Source of the DNA: Candidatus Thorarchaeota archaeon
GTDB lineage: Archaea > Asgardarchaeota > Thorarchaeia > Thorarchaeales > Thorarchaeaceae
Length of the DNA stretch: 52,354 nucleotides
Direction: 5' to 3'
NCBI GenBank assembly: GCA_016933575.1
Contig: JAFGAR010000121.1
Span: 1 to 52,354 of the forward strand
Both the position numbers and the translations under genes were made by a program. Shown one piece after another: positions 1-7,839 of the stretch. Positions within the stretch are counted from its first letter, which is position 1. The number at the start of each line of letters is the position of its first letter. The notes under the pieces are model-generated. The model searched no databases. It was not told the origin of the DNA and saw only the letters and a program-made list of their open reading frames with translations.

Positions 1-24
1 ACCGTTCATTGTAAATTGGACAAA

Positions 25-213
25 CTTGGACACCAGAGTGATGTCCTCCCAGAAACGGCACTGGGAACGACTCTGTGAGGTCAGATGGGTGTCAGGACAA
101 CCTCACGATCCTATCGTGAGGTCGTTGCATTTGAGGACCTATAAGAGCGGTTCAAACAACCATCAAAGAGCTGTCCAACTCTGTCCAGTATTTCAGTAGC
201 TGTTGTCAACCCT
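25..213. repeat. Structured non-coding repeat, copy 1 (~189 nt); inverted, diverged copy at 52161-52348
   Basis: Perfect reverse-complement blocks: 25-40 vs 52333-52348 (16 nt), 54-65 vs 52307-52318 (12 nt), 69-85 vs 52288-52304 (17 nt). 191-213 vs 52161-52183 match 21/23. Internal stems TTGGACA/TGTCCAA, CAGAGT/ACTCTG, CCCAG/CTGGG, TGAGGT/ACCTCA. Confidence 0.9.
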
Positions 214-1117
214 CTGCAACGAAGGCTGATGCAAAGAGATCAAATAACGGTTCTATGTCAGCAGTGTCTAGCTCTTTGTAGACATATTTGCACATGTCAA
301 TGAACCTGTTGGCTCGCTCATCAGCGAATTCGCCTATACCGATTATCTTCCTTGTTCTCTTCGTCAGTTCCTTCACAACACCTTTGGCGCTCTTGTCCAC
401 TCCAAAGGCCTTCTCAGTATCCTGCTCGATTCTTTGAAGGACACTCTTTACACGAATATCAGAGATGTCGTCACTACCAAAGCTCTTCACGAGGTCCATC
501 AAGACATCTAGAATTCCATTGTGCAATCCTGCAACTAATGCTTCAATCTCGAATGCTGTGAATCTTACGGTTCCCTCTTCACCTTGAAGTTGCCATTTCA
601 GGTCACTTGTCCTATCAACAAGGAGTCGTTTTTGACCAACCATTATCACTTCATGATAGAATCTTGAGTTGATACTGCTCTGAACTGCTGTCTTGACGAT
701 GGCTGCCTCTGGCAGTCTCAATCTGAACGAATTACCGCCATTTGTGACAACTAAACAGGCTCCACTGGATGGAGGTATCTTCTTGACATAATCCGAGGGT
801 GGTGCTACCTCGACCGGCGGCAGATGTCTTAGTTTTTCAGCAAGTTCTCGAATCTCTGGTTCTGTACAGATGTATGTCTGCCTATCACCCGAGATTGTGA
901 TTGTTCCATCATCAGCACGAACGAAATCAATCTTATTTCCTCCTCCGACATTTGTTGTCTTGAGATAGGTCTGTTTATGATTTCTTGCTGTCTGAGCGAG
1001 TTTTTCTAGCGCGGCTGCGACCATATGGGCCTCGCCAAATCCCATCGTAATCTCTGCATCTCCCTCAGTACCACGACCGATACCGAGTGATCCATCTTGG
1101 CGTATCTTAACATACAT
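206..1117 (-). CDS. Hypothetical protein with repeated beta-strand/helix units and a helical C-terminal domain
   Basis: Long ORF (track 206..1183). Probable start MYVKIRQ at 1117 behind a GGTGGTGGA RBS. No recognisable catalytic motif. Confidence 0.8.
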   Translation of the reverse strand: MYVKIRQDGSLGIGRGTEGDAEITMGFGEAHMVAAALEKLAQTARNHKQTYLKTTNVGGGNKIDFVRADDGTITISGDRQTYICTEPEIRELAEKLRHLPPVEVAPPSDYVKKIPPSSGACLVVTNGGNSFRLRLPEAAIVKTAVQSSINSRFYHEVIMVGQKRLLVDRTSDLKWQLQGEEGTVRFTAFEIEALVAGLHNGILDVLMDLVKSFGSDDISDIRVKSVLQRIEQDTEKAFGVDKSAKGVVKELTKRTRKIIGIGEFADERANRFIDMCKYVYKELDTADIEPLFDLFASAFVAEG

Positions 1118-1433
1118 ACTTTCCACCACCAAAACGATATCATATCTCCAAAAAACTATTGCTCTCATAGGTTGAATGAGCAATAATATGAAAAGGGCGA
1201 CCTTTCTGCCCTCTGCAATTGAAAATTGATGTCGACCATAATGAGATGAGTACTATTTCAGAGCATGAGGAGCAAAGTACTGAATGTCCATTTACACAAC
1301 CTCATGGGAAGAAATTTGGCAATGCCCTTATAGCTCTGATGTTGCTTATTATCCCCTTACTAGTAATAATCGTGCTATTTCTAAATTAATGTAGAAACTG
1401 CAAAAGACAATGAATCTTCTGCAGTTCTAGATA

Positions 1434-1793
1434 TTAAATCGAATCTGTGACATCAAAGGCCAGTTTGCCGACTTCTTTTGTTGTCAAAGAGATGTCTATT
1501 GTATGTTCACCTGCTGGGAGTGGATCTCCCTTGACATGAAGCACAATATCAAGACCAACTTTAATTGGAAATGTATTCTCTTCAGAGATCGCATTACCAG
1601 TTATCTCGCCATCAGCTGAGCTAATGATGGTTGATTCAAGTGGGTACTCGATACCATTGACTTTGATTGGTTCAATGTTGATAGCTGTTCCAGATGATAT
1701 CGAATTCTTGAGCATGAACTTGAAACCATCGTCAACATTCTCGAGGCTTCCTTTGATGTACAATTTCCGTAAGAGGAATGTGGGTATTTGCAT
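1434..1793 (-). CDS. Conserved hypothetical beta-sandwich protein (LYxKGSLxN...GFxFxLKN type)
   Basis: 119 aa, beta-rich, GGAGG RBS upstream; function not assignable. Confidence 0.7.
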   Translation of the reverse strand: MQIPTFLLRKLYIKGSLENVDDGFKFMLKNSISSGTAINIEPIKVNGIEYPLESTIISSADGEITGNAISEENTFPIKVGLDIVLHVKGDPLPAGEHTIDISLTTKEVGKLAFDVTDSI

Positions 1794-1949
1794 TTACTAT
1801 TTGCCTCCAACTGACTTCTTTGTTTGACTTGTGAATCTTTTATAAGTTCCGAAGTCCCTTCTTTATCTTGCGCGGTTATGTTGAGGAGGTATTAGATACA
1901 CCTTGAAGAACTTCCTCTCGCAGTTCGATTGGGAATCGAGGAAAAATCC

Positions 1950-3011
1950 ATGTCAAAAAAGACCACTGGTATTAAGCAATATAGATGCAAGAAATGCGAT
2001 GCACCATATCCCCTAGGGGCTGATGATGTCATAGCCACTTGCCCGTACTGTGGTTATACTTTTACAATTGATGGATCTGAGATCAAACATCTCATTCTTC
2101 CTAACAAACTGAATGAAAAATCCGCTCATTCTACAGTCATGCAATGGTTGGAATTTGCAGCCAAGAAGACGGTTGGTAAAGGTGTCGTGAAGACTATCGA
2201 GCTCGAGAAACCTCGCCTTCAATGGTTTCCTGTATTTCGTGTCGAGGGTGACTACGAGTCCTTTCATTTTGGATATAAGCAGGAAGGCAGTGGTGACTCT
2301 AGGAAATATCGTCGAATTGAGAACAGAGACTCGGGCAGGTGCATTGAGTGGGTCATTGCACGAAGACATGCTGCGACTTTTGGGATAGATGAATTCGTAC
2401 TCTCTCTGGAAGATACCCCCACTCAGAGCTTCACAATCGACAAGACCGATAATGCACCTGTGCTTAATTCAGAGATTGATGATACTGACTCGATTCGTCG
2501 TGCAAAAAGAAACCGCAAGGACCGTGACCGTGTCGAGCTGTTAGAAAAGATGAGCAAGCTTCTTGACCATAGCTTTGAGATTATACCTGAGTCAAGTGTC
2601 TATACACATGCACCATATTGGCTTGTTCGTTATACATATCAAAAAGGAACATTTCGTGTTGCTGTATCCGGAGCAACAGGCAAAGTTCTACTTGGTGAAC
2701 TCCCCGTTACAAAGAGATACAGAGTAAAGAAATGGTTCATCAGCGTATTCATGCTAATCTTCGGAAGCCTGTTTTTCCAAGTATTGCCTTATGTCCTTTA
2801 CATCTTCTTCCAAGGTAGTAGTAGTGGTGATGCTGGAGATGCTTGGTTAATTCCCATTGGAATATTGGTACTTGGTGTATTCTTGTGGGTTGGCTCTGTC
2901 ATCACAATAGGTGGCTCTCTGAAGTACGAGATTCAGGTGAATGCTAAGGGCGAGGAATGTCGGGATCCTTTCAGTATAGATGGAGCAATTAAACGGATAG
3001 GAGGGAAGTAA
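1950..3011 (+). CDS. Zinc-ribbon membrane protein (N-terminal CxxC..CxxC, two C-terminal TM helices)
   Basis: CKKC...CPYC; late motif PYWLVRYTYQ..VSGATGKV; two hydrophobic segments. ATG at 1950 preferred over TTG at 1929. Confidence 0.8.
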   Translation: MSKKTTGIKQYRCKKCDAPYPLGADDVIATCPYCGYTFTIDGSEIKHLILPNKLNEKSAHSTVMQWLEFAAKKTVGKGVVKTIELEKPRLQWFPVFRVEGDYESFHFGYKQEGSGDSRKYRRIENRDSGRCIEWVIARRHAATFGIDEFVLSLEDTPTQSFTIDKTDNAPVLNSEIDDTDSIRRAKRNRKDRDRVELLEKMSKLLDHSFEIIPESSVYTHAPYWLVRYTYQKGTFRVAVSGATGKVLLGELPVTKRYRVKKWFISVFMLIFGSLFFQVLPYVLYIFFQGSSSGDAGDAWLIPIGILVLGVFLWVGSVITIGGSLKYEIQVNAKGEECRDPFSIDGAIKRIGGK

Positions 3012-3013
3012 AA

Positions 3014-3988
3014 GTGACCCAGATAAAGTGTCCGAATTGTGCTGGACAAATTAAAGTACCACCTCAGAGTAGCACGGTTGTATGTCCCTATTGCAGTACA
3101 ACAGTCTTTGCAAAGACCGGGACCATATTGAAGGAAAATTATGTTATGCGTCTCCAATATGGATTGGAAGACGCCCGTGACAAAATGCTTAGTTGGGCAA
3201 TGAAACAACTTGGAGCTCCTAAGGGGCTCGAGAACGCTGAGGTCAAGGAGAGTAAGATTATCTTCTGGCCGTTCTGGGTCGTAGAAGTCGAGGCAAAAGT
3301 CAACTATTCTGGCATACAAAAGAAACCTGATTTTAAAGGTCATGATACACAAAAGCGTTTGAATTGGAATACTGTTTCAGAATCTGGCACAATCGATGTT
3401 GAGAGAGATATCTTCATTCCCGCCAATCAAGACACACCTGCTCCTCTGAAGAATTACATTATTCCAACAAGAAGAAAAGAATACTTCAACATGGACAAAA
3501 TCATTGAAGTTCAGGGTATTACTATGTCTGTTCAAATTGATCAAAAAGTAGCTATAGACAAGGCTCGGGAGATAATGGAAGAATATGTTCAGGAGGAAGC
3601 TATGAAGGAAGTTGACCAAATCAATGAGATTAAACGAGATTTGCAGACACCAGCAGTCTTCCTGGTCAGTGTTCCAATTTGGCACATCAAGTACTCACAC
3701 AATGTGCGAAAATATGAAGGTCTTGTTGATGGAGCCTCCGGTCGTGTGGTCTACCTAAAGTTTCCGCGAAAGATTGCCTTTAGAGCAATGACTCTATTCG
3801 GTGGATTACTACATCTTGGAGTTGGTGGTGGTATCGGACTCCTTTTGGTATATCTAGGGTTGACAGCTTTTGATGGTATCTATCCCACAGCCTTTGGAAT
3901 CTCTTTTGGACTCGGGATGCTTGCGATTAGCCTGATCTTCTTTAGGACTGCACTCTCTCTACGAGCAGGAATGGAAGAAACTCGTTAA
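3014..3988 (+). CDS. Zinc-ribbon membrane protein, paralog of the upstream gene
   Basis: CPNC...CPYC; PIWHIKY...VDGASGRV motif parallels the upstream gene; two C-terminal TM helices; 2-nt gap suggests an operon. Confidence 0.8.
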   Translation: MTQIKCPNCAGQIKVPPQSSTVVCPYCSTTVFAKTGTILKENYVMRLQYGLEDARDKMLSWAMKQLGAPKGLENAEVKESKIIFWPFWVVEVEAKVNYSGIQKKPDFKGHDTQKRLNWNTVSESGTIDVERDIFIPANQDTPAPLKNYIIPTRRKEYFNMDKIIEVQGITMSVQIDQKVAIDKAREIMEEYVQEEAMKEVDQINEIKRDLQTPAVFLVSVPIWHIKYSHNVRKYEGLVDGASGRVVYLKFPRKIAFRAMTLFGGLLHLGVGGGIGLLLVYLGLTAFDGIYPTAFGISFGLGMLAISLIFFRTALSLRAGMEETR

Positions 3989-4067
3989 TGAATCGATGAT
4001 GTACAAAAGATATAAGGTCCCATACTCCGAAAGAACTCGAAATTCAGTTTCATAGGGAGAAACAAAA

Positions 4068-4436
4068 ATGCAGTTTGACTTCTGGGATCCATTCAACTCG
4101 TTCTTTGAAATCTTTGGCCTAATGTTCGTAATTATTCCAATCATCTTCGTTGTCATTTTCATTGTTATAGCTGTAACTGTATGCCGAAGTGGAACTCAGA
4201 TTGCCAGTAACGTTGCAAGAGGATTTACAATGGAAGCTCCACCCTTTGTCATCCCTGAACGCCATCGTGGTCAGACTCGTTCTGATGGGTCACAAATGAC
4301 AACAGTTCGATTACCTGAACGTTGTCCCTCCTGTGGTGCTGCGATATCACAAGAAGGAATTGATTGGGTAGGTCCGTTGGAAGCTAAGTGTACCTACTGC
4401 GGTAGCACACTTCGAGCGACCTTCGAACGAGTTTGA
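4068..4436 (+). CDS. Small membrane protein with C-terminal zinc ribbon
   Basis: N-terminal TM helix; CPSC...CTYC; GGGAGA RBS. Confidence 0.75.
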   Translation: MQFDFWDPFNSFFEIFGLMFVIIPIIFVVIFIVIAVTVCRSGTQIASNVARGFTMEAPPFVIPERHRGQTRSDGSQMTTVRLPERCPSCGAAISQEGIDWVGPLEAKCTYCGSTLRATFERV

Positions 4437-4607
4437 GTATGGAGATTGGCTGGGTAATACCCACACTCTTAGTCAAGGTATTTTCAGGATACATGCTGGT
4501 AGCATATATGTGCGTTCGTGAGTAAAGTATATCACTACATACTAATTGAAATCAATCACGGATGCATATCCGTTATGGTGCCACTTCCACGACTCGAGGA
4601 GACACTC

Positions 4608-4889
4608 ATGGTTAATGGTCTAGAAATGCAGGATGATGGAACTTCAAAATCAGTCTGTATCAATAGAAACAGCTTATCTTCTGAGGGGGTCTTCTGTGTC
4701 GTTGATAATGAGGGTAAGAATGTATTTCTCTGGCTTGGCAAAGAAGCTCCCGTCCGAAAACGGTTCGTTGGAGCTCAGACTGCCAGCAGATTGCGAGATG
4801 AACAAGGAACTGGTTTTCGGGTACGCTCTTTAGATGAAGGAAATGAGCCTACACAATTCTTCAATTCATTAGAGCACGAAGGCTGCTAA
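4608..4889 (+). CDS. Single-domain gelsolin/villin-like protein (eukaryotic signature protein)
   Basis: VFCVVD...VFLWLGKEA..RKRFVGAQTA..L...VRSLDEGNEPTQFF fits the gelsolin-repeat consensus (WxG; EGxEPxxF). ATG 4608 follows GAGGAGA. Confidence 0.85.
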   Translation: MVNGLEMQDDGTSKSVCINRNSLSSEGVFCVVDNEGKNVFLWLGKEAPVRKRFVGAQTASRLRDEQGTGFRVRSLDEGNEPTQFFNSLEHEGC

Positions 4890-4937
4890 TATTCAGACCT
4901 ATCCATAAGATTCTATAACCCACTGCATATAGCGCAA

Positions 4938-5996
4938 ATGAGGTCATACGCCTTGAGAGGATTGATGAAGACTGCCAGAGGTCCTGGAAATTTAGAGTTA
5001 CGTGAGATTGATGAACCTACTCCAAAGAAAGATGAGGTCCTTATCGAAGTTGCCGCAGCTGGAATCTGCGGGACAGACATTCATATCAAACATGACCAAA
5101 CATTCTATACTCCTCCCGTGGTACTTGGGCATGAGTGGTCTGGTACTATTGTGGAGGTTGGTCCTGATGTCACTGAAGTCGGAGTGGGAGATGTTGCAGT
5201 CTCTCCTGCAACAGCATACTGTGGTAAATGCTACCAGTGTAAGACTGGACATATGAACCGATGCACATCAGCGAACAAGCGAATTCTTGGCACCTCTCTT
5301 GCCAATGGGGCTTTTGCAAAATACATCACAGTCCCTGAATATATCATCCACAAGGTTCCATCAAGCGTATCACTTGAAGAGGCTGCTCTGGCTGAACCTA
5401 CAGCTTGTGTTGTGCATTCAGTGATTGATAAATCGCCTATTCTTCCCGGAGATGTTGTAGTTGTTCAGGGTCCTGGAACAATGGGTCTTCTTGCTGCTCA
5501 GGTAGCCAAAGCGATGGGAGCTGGAAAGGTCATAGTGACCGGAGTCTCAGCAGATCAATGGCGTTTTGACATAGCAAAGAAAATTGGTATCGATATCACT
5601 CTGGACGTTCAGGTCGATCCTAATCCTATCAAGACAATAATGGATGAAACCGATGGACGCGGTGCAGATGTCGTAATTGAGGCATCTGGAGCATGTATCG
5701 CATGTAATCAAGCTCTTGAATTCGTCAAGGTTGCTGGGCACGTGACCCTTCTAGGAATTCGTGGAAGACCCCTTGATATTGATCTTGATGCAATGGCAAT
5801 CAAAGAACTCACTATGTCTGGTACCTGGGGAACTCTACCCTCTTCATGGGTGACAACCCTGCGTCTTATGGCATCCAAGAAGATTGATGTTGCTCCACTA
5901 ATTACTCATAGAATCTCTTTAGACAGATGGGAAGAGGGATTCGAATTAATGGAGCAGCAAAAGGCAATCAAAGTGCTCTTCACAGAGTTCAATTGA
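4938..5996 (+). CDS. Zn-dependent medium-chain dehydrogenase (sorbitol/threonine dehydrogenase-like)
   Basis: GICGTD, GHE, structural Zn CGKCYQC..C, NAD-binding GPGTMG. Confidence 0.92.
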   Translation: MRSYALRGLMKTARGPGNLELREIDEPTPKKDEVLIEVAAAGICGTDIHIKHDQTFYTPPVVLGHEWSGTIVEVGPDVTEVGVGDVAVSPATAYCGKCYQCKTGHMNRCTSANKRILGTSLANGAFAKYITVPEYIIHKVPSSVSLEEAALAEPTACVVHSVIDKSPILPGDVVVVQGPGTMGLLAAQVAKAMGAGKVIVTGVSADQWRFDIAKKIGIDITLDVQVDPNPIKTIMDETDGRGADVVIEASGACIACNQALEFVKVAGHVTLLGIRGRPLDIDLDAMAIKELTMSGTWGTLPSSWVTTLRLMASKKIDVAPLITHRISLDRWEEGFELMEQQKAIKVLFTEFN

Positions 5997-6000
5997 GACT

Positions 6001-6345
6001 CTACCTTGGTGCCCATGCATCAAGACAATCTTGGACTACGGATATATGTGATGCAGCTGGTCCTCCCCCCATCACAATGGCGACTGAACAAGCGTCCATA
6101 ATTTCTTCTCTTGAAGCACCAAGTGAGAGCGCCTGTTTTGTGTGATAGACTATACACTCTTCACATGGTGAGAGAATAGATGCTACAATGCAAATAATTT
6201 CCTTGAACTTTGCAGACAAAGCTCCATCCTTATGTACGGTTTTTTGGAGATCTGTGAAAGCATTCCTGGTCTCTGGCATGTCTCTATTAAGCGCGCCAAA
6301 ATGCTTCATGAAGCTCTTCAGAGTCTTTTCAACATCATCTGTCAT
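6001..6345 (-). CDS. Carboxymuconolactone decarboxylase/AhpD-family protein
   Basis: GALSAKFKE..CEECIVYH..A...GASREEI; CxxC redox motif. Confidence 0.9.
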   Translation of the reverse strand: MTDDVEKTLKSFMKHFGALNRDMPETRNAFTDLQKTVHKDGALSAKFKEIICIVASILSPCEECIVYHTKQALSLGASREEIMDACSVAIVMGGGPAASHISVVQDCLDAWAPR

Positions 6346-6360
6346 TATTCTCTTCCTCGA

Positions 6361-7164
6361 CTAGGATGTGAACCTGGCTAGTGTTCCCAAATTCCACGAG
6401 GGGTCTTGATATTGTGAATAATATAAAGCCTGTGCAGTATTCTTCTCATTCACTGTAAGGGCTCCTTTTTGAATTGCCTCTCCTGTTAGTCCTTTCAGAT
6501 GCTGAAGAATTGCTAACTTGATATTCTCCATCGCTGGAGCATTCTGTACTTCGTCATTAATGTTAGTGACAGTATCTCTTTTACTATCCATACATCTGAT
6601 TCTCGTCTTGTCTCGGAGATAGGTTGGTTGCCTTGGTGGTGGTATCAGACTATCTACAAGCTTTTCCAAGTCTGCATTGAAAAGAAGCGTACCATGAATG
6701 AAAGATACACCTTGCTTTATCCAACCAGCAGTACCAGAAATCTTCTTTTCACCGATTCTGATGCAAGAACCTACGGGATCAAATCTTGCTGGTATCTTGA
6801 TTGAAACAAGTGCCTTCACAATGACACCAATGAACGTTTCATAGAGTTCTTTGAGACCTCTTGGGACATATTCATGGCTTTGATGGAGACGAAGTGTGAA
6901 GTTGAGATTTCCTTTGTCATGGTAGACAGCTCCTCCTCCAGTGAATCTTCGAGCAATTGATATTCCATTTTTCTCACAATACCTTAGATTCACTTCTTTG
7001 TGAACACACTGGAATCTTCCAATTACGACTGCAGGATTAGATCGCCAGAATCTCACAGTGTTGAGCGTATTTCCTTCGCCAAGGTCTGTTTTGGCAAGTG
7101 CTTCATCAAATGCGAGATTCCGGTAAATATCACTGGTCAAATCATCCAATAAACGCCAAGGCAT
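6361..7164 (-). CDS. lplA: Lipoate-protein ligase A family (catalytic domain)
   Basis: N.AFDEAL, ARRFTGGGAVYHD, KKISG, HGTLL; next to 2-oxoacid dehydrogenase genes. Confidence 0.9.
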   Translation of the reverse strand: MPWRLLDDLTSDIYRNLAFDEALAKTDLGEGNTLNTVRFWRSNPAVVIGRFQCVHKEVNLRYCEKNGISIARRFTGGGAVYHDKGNLNFTLRLHQSHEYVPRGLKELYETFIGVIVKALVSIKIPARFDPVGSCIRIGEKKISGTAGWIKQGVSFIHGTLLFNADLEKLVDSLIPPPRQPTYLRDKTRIRCMDSKRDTVTNINDEVQNAPAMENIKLAILQHLKGLTGEAIQKGALTVNEKNTAQALYYSQYQDPSWNLGTLARFTS

Positions 7165-7200
7165 ACAGAATCAATGAAGCTCAGGTCTGATTAATCTGAT

Positions 7201-7288
7201 GGCTGTCTGGACTAGTGCCGATGGCTCAAATAGGTTGCTCGCCATCGGCTAGGTGCCTCAGAGCAACGGTTGAGGCGGAGCAGATGTC
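7201..7288. ncRNA. Candidate structured RNA: two hairpins with complementary loops (kissing-loop pseudoknot) closed by a basal helix
   Basis: Stem 7217-7225/7241-7249 (9 bp perfect); stem 7255-7260/7271-7276 (6 bp); loop-loop GTTGCTC 7234-7240 / GAGCAAC 7261-7267 (7 bp); closing GTCTG 7205-7209 / CAGAT 7281-7285. GC-rich island in an AT-rich intergenic region. Confidence 0.55.
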
Positions 7289-7471
7289 GTTATTTCGAGG
7301 CTTGACACGAATGATACGTGTATGATGTTATTTGGTTCTTGGAATTTAAAGGACCCATGATTCAAAATGTCCATTTTGCAGGATAAATCCAACTTATGTA
7401 GAGTGCTATAATTATGAGGATGACTCTGACTGCTATTGGGCTCATACAACCTCATGTCAATCCGGTTGACA

Positions 7472-7777
7472 TTAAACGGTATTCCCACATTCCGGACAAA
7501 ATACTGCTCCTGGTCGTACCTTTGTACCACAATATGGACATTGGGACTGGGTGCTCATTACCGGGGTCGATAAAAATCTCCCACTCTTCCGAATATTCTC
7601 TAAACCAATTCTATCACTATAGAGTTCAGTATATCCACAATCTGCACAGGTTACTGCCTCAAGGGTCGCAGTCAACATACCTGGTAAATCGACCCTAACG
7701 TAGCCTTGACCCTGAATTCTATGTGGGCCCGCAATTCTTGTGCTTCCGCATTTAGGACATGTTCCTGTCTTAATCAT
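7472..7777 (-). CDS. Double zinc-ribbon protein
   Basis: CPKC..CADCGYTELY and C-terminal CPYC..CPEC. Confidence 0.85.
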   Translation of the reverse strand: MIKTGTCPKCGSTRIAGPHRIQGQGYVRVDLPGMLTATLEAVTCADCGYTELYSDRIGLENIRKSGRFLSTPVMSTQSQCPYCGTKVRPGAVFCPECGNTV

Positions 7778-7839
7778 GAATTTCCACTGGTGATTTCTTG
7801 GTCTGAAAGGAAATATCTTTTTGCAGAAAACCTGGTCTA

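Noticed and set aside
122-222. 8-nt complementarity between the repeat core (TCGTTGCA 122-129) and its flank (TGCAACGA 215-222) as a guide-target match
   Set aside because: Copy 2 shows no equivalent match at the same position, so it is compatible with chance; revisit when more copies are available.
7165-7471. SRP (7S) RNA in the 307-nt gap
   Set aside because: Size and Alu-like kissing topology are suggestive, but there is no helix-8 GNRA/SRP54 motif or UGU turn, and the rest of the gap is AT-rich.
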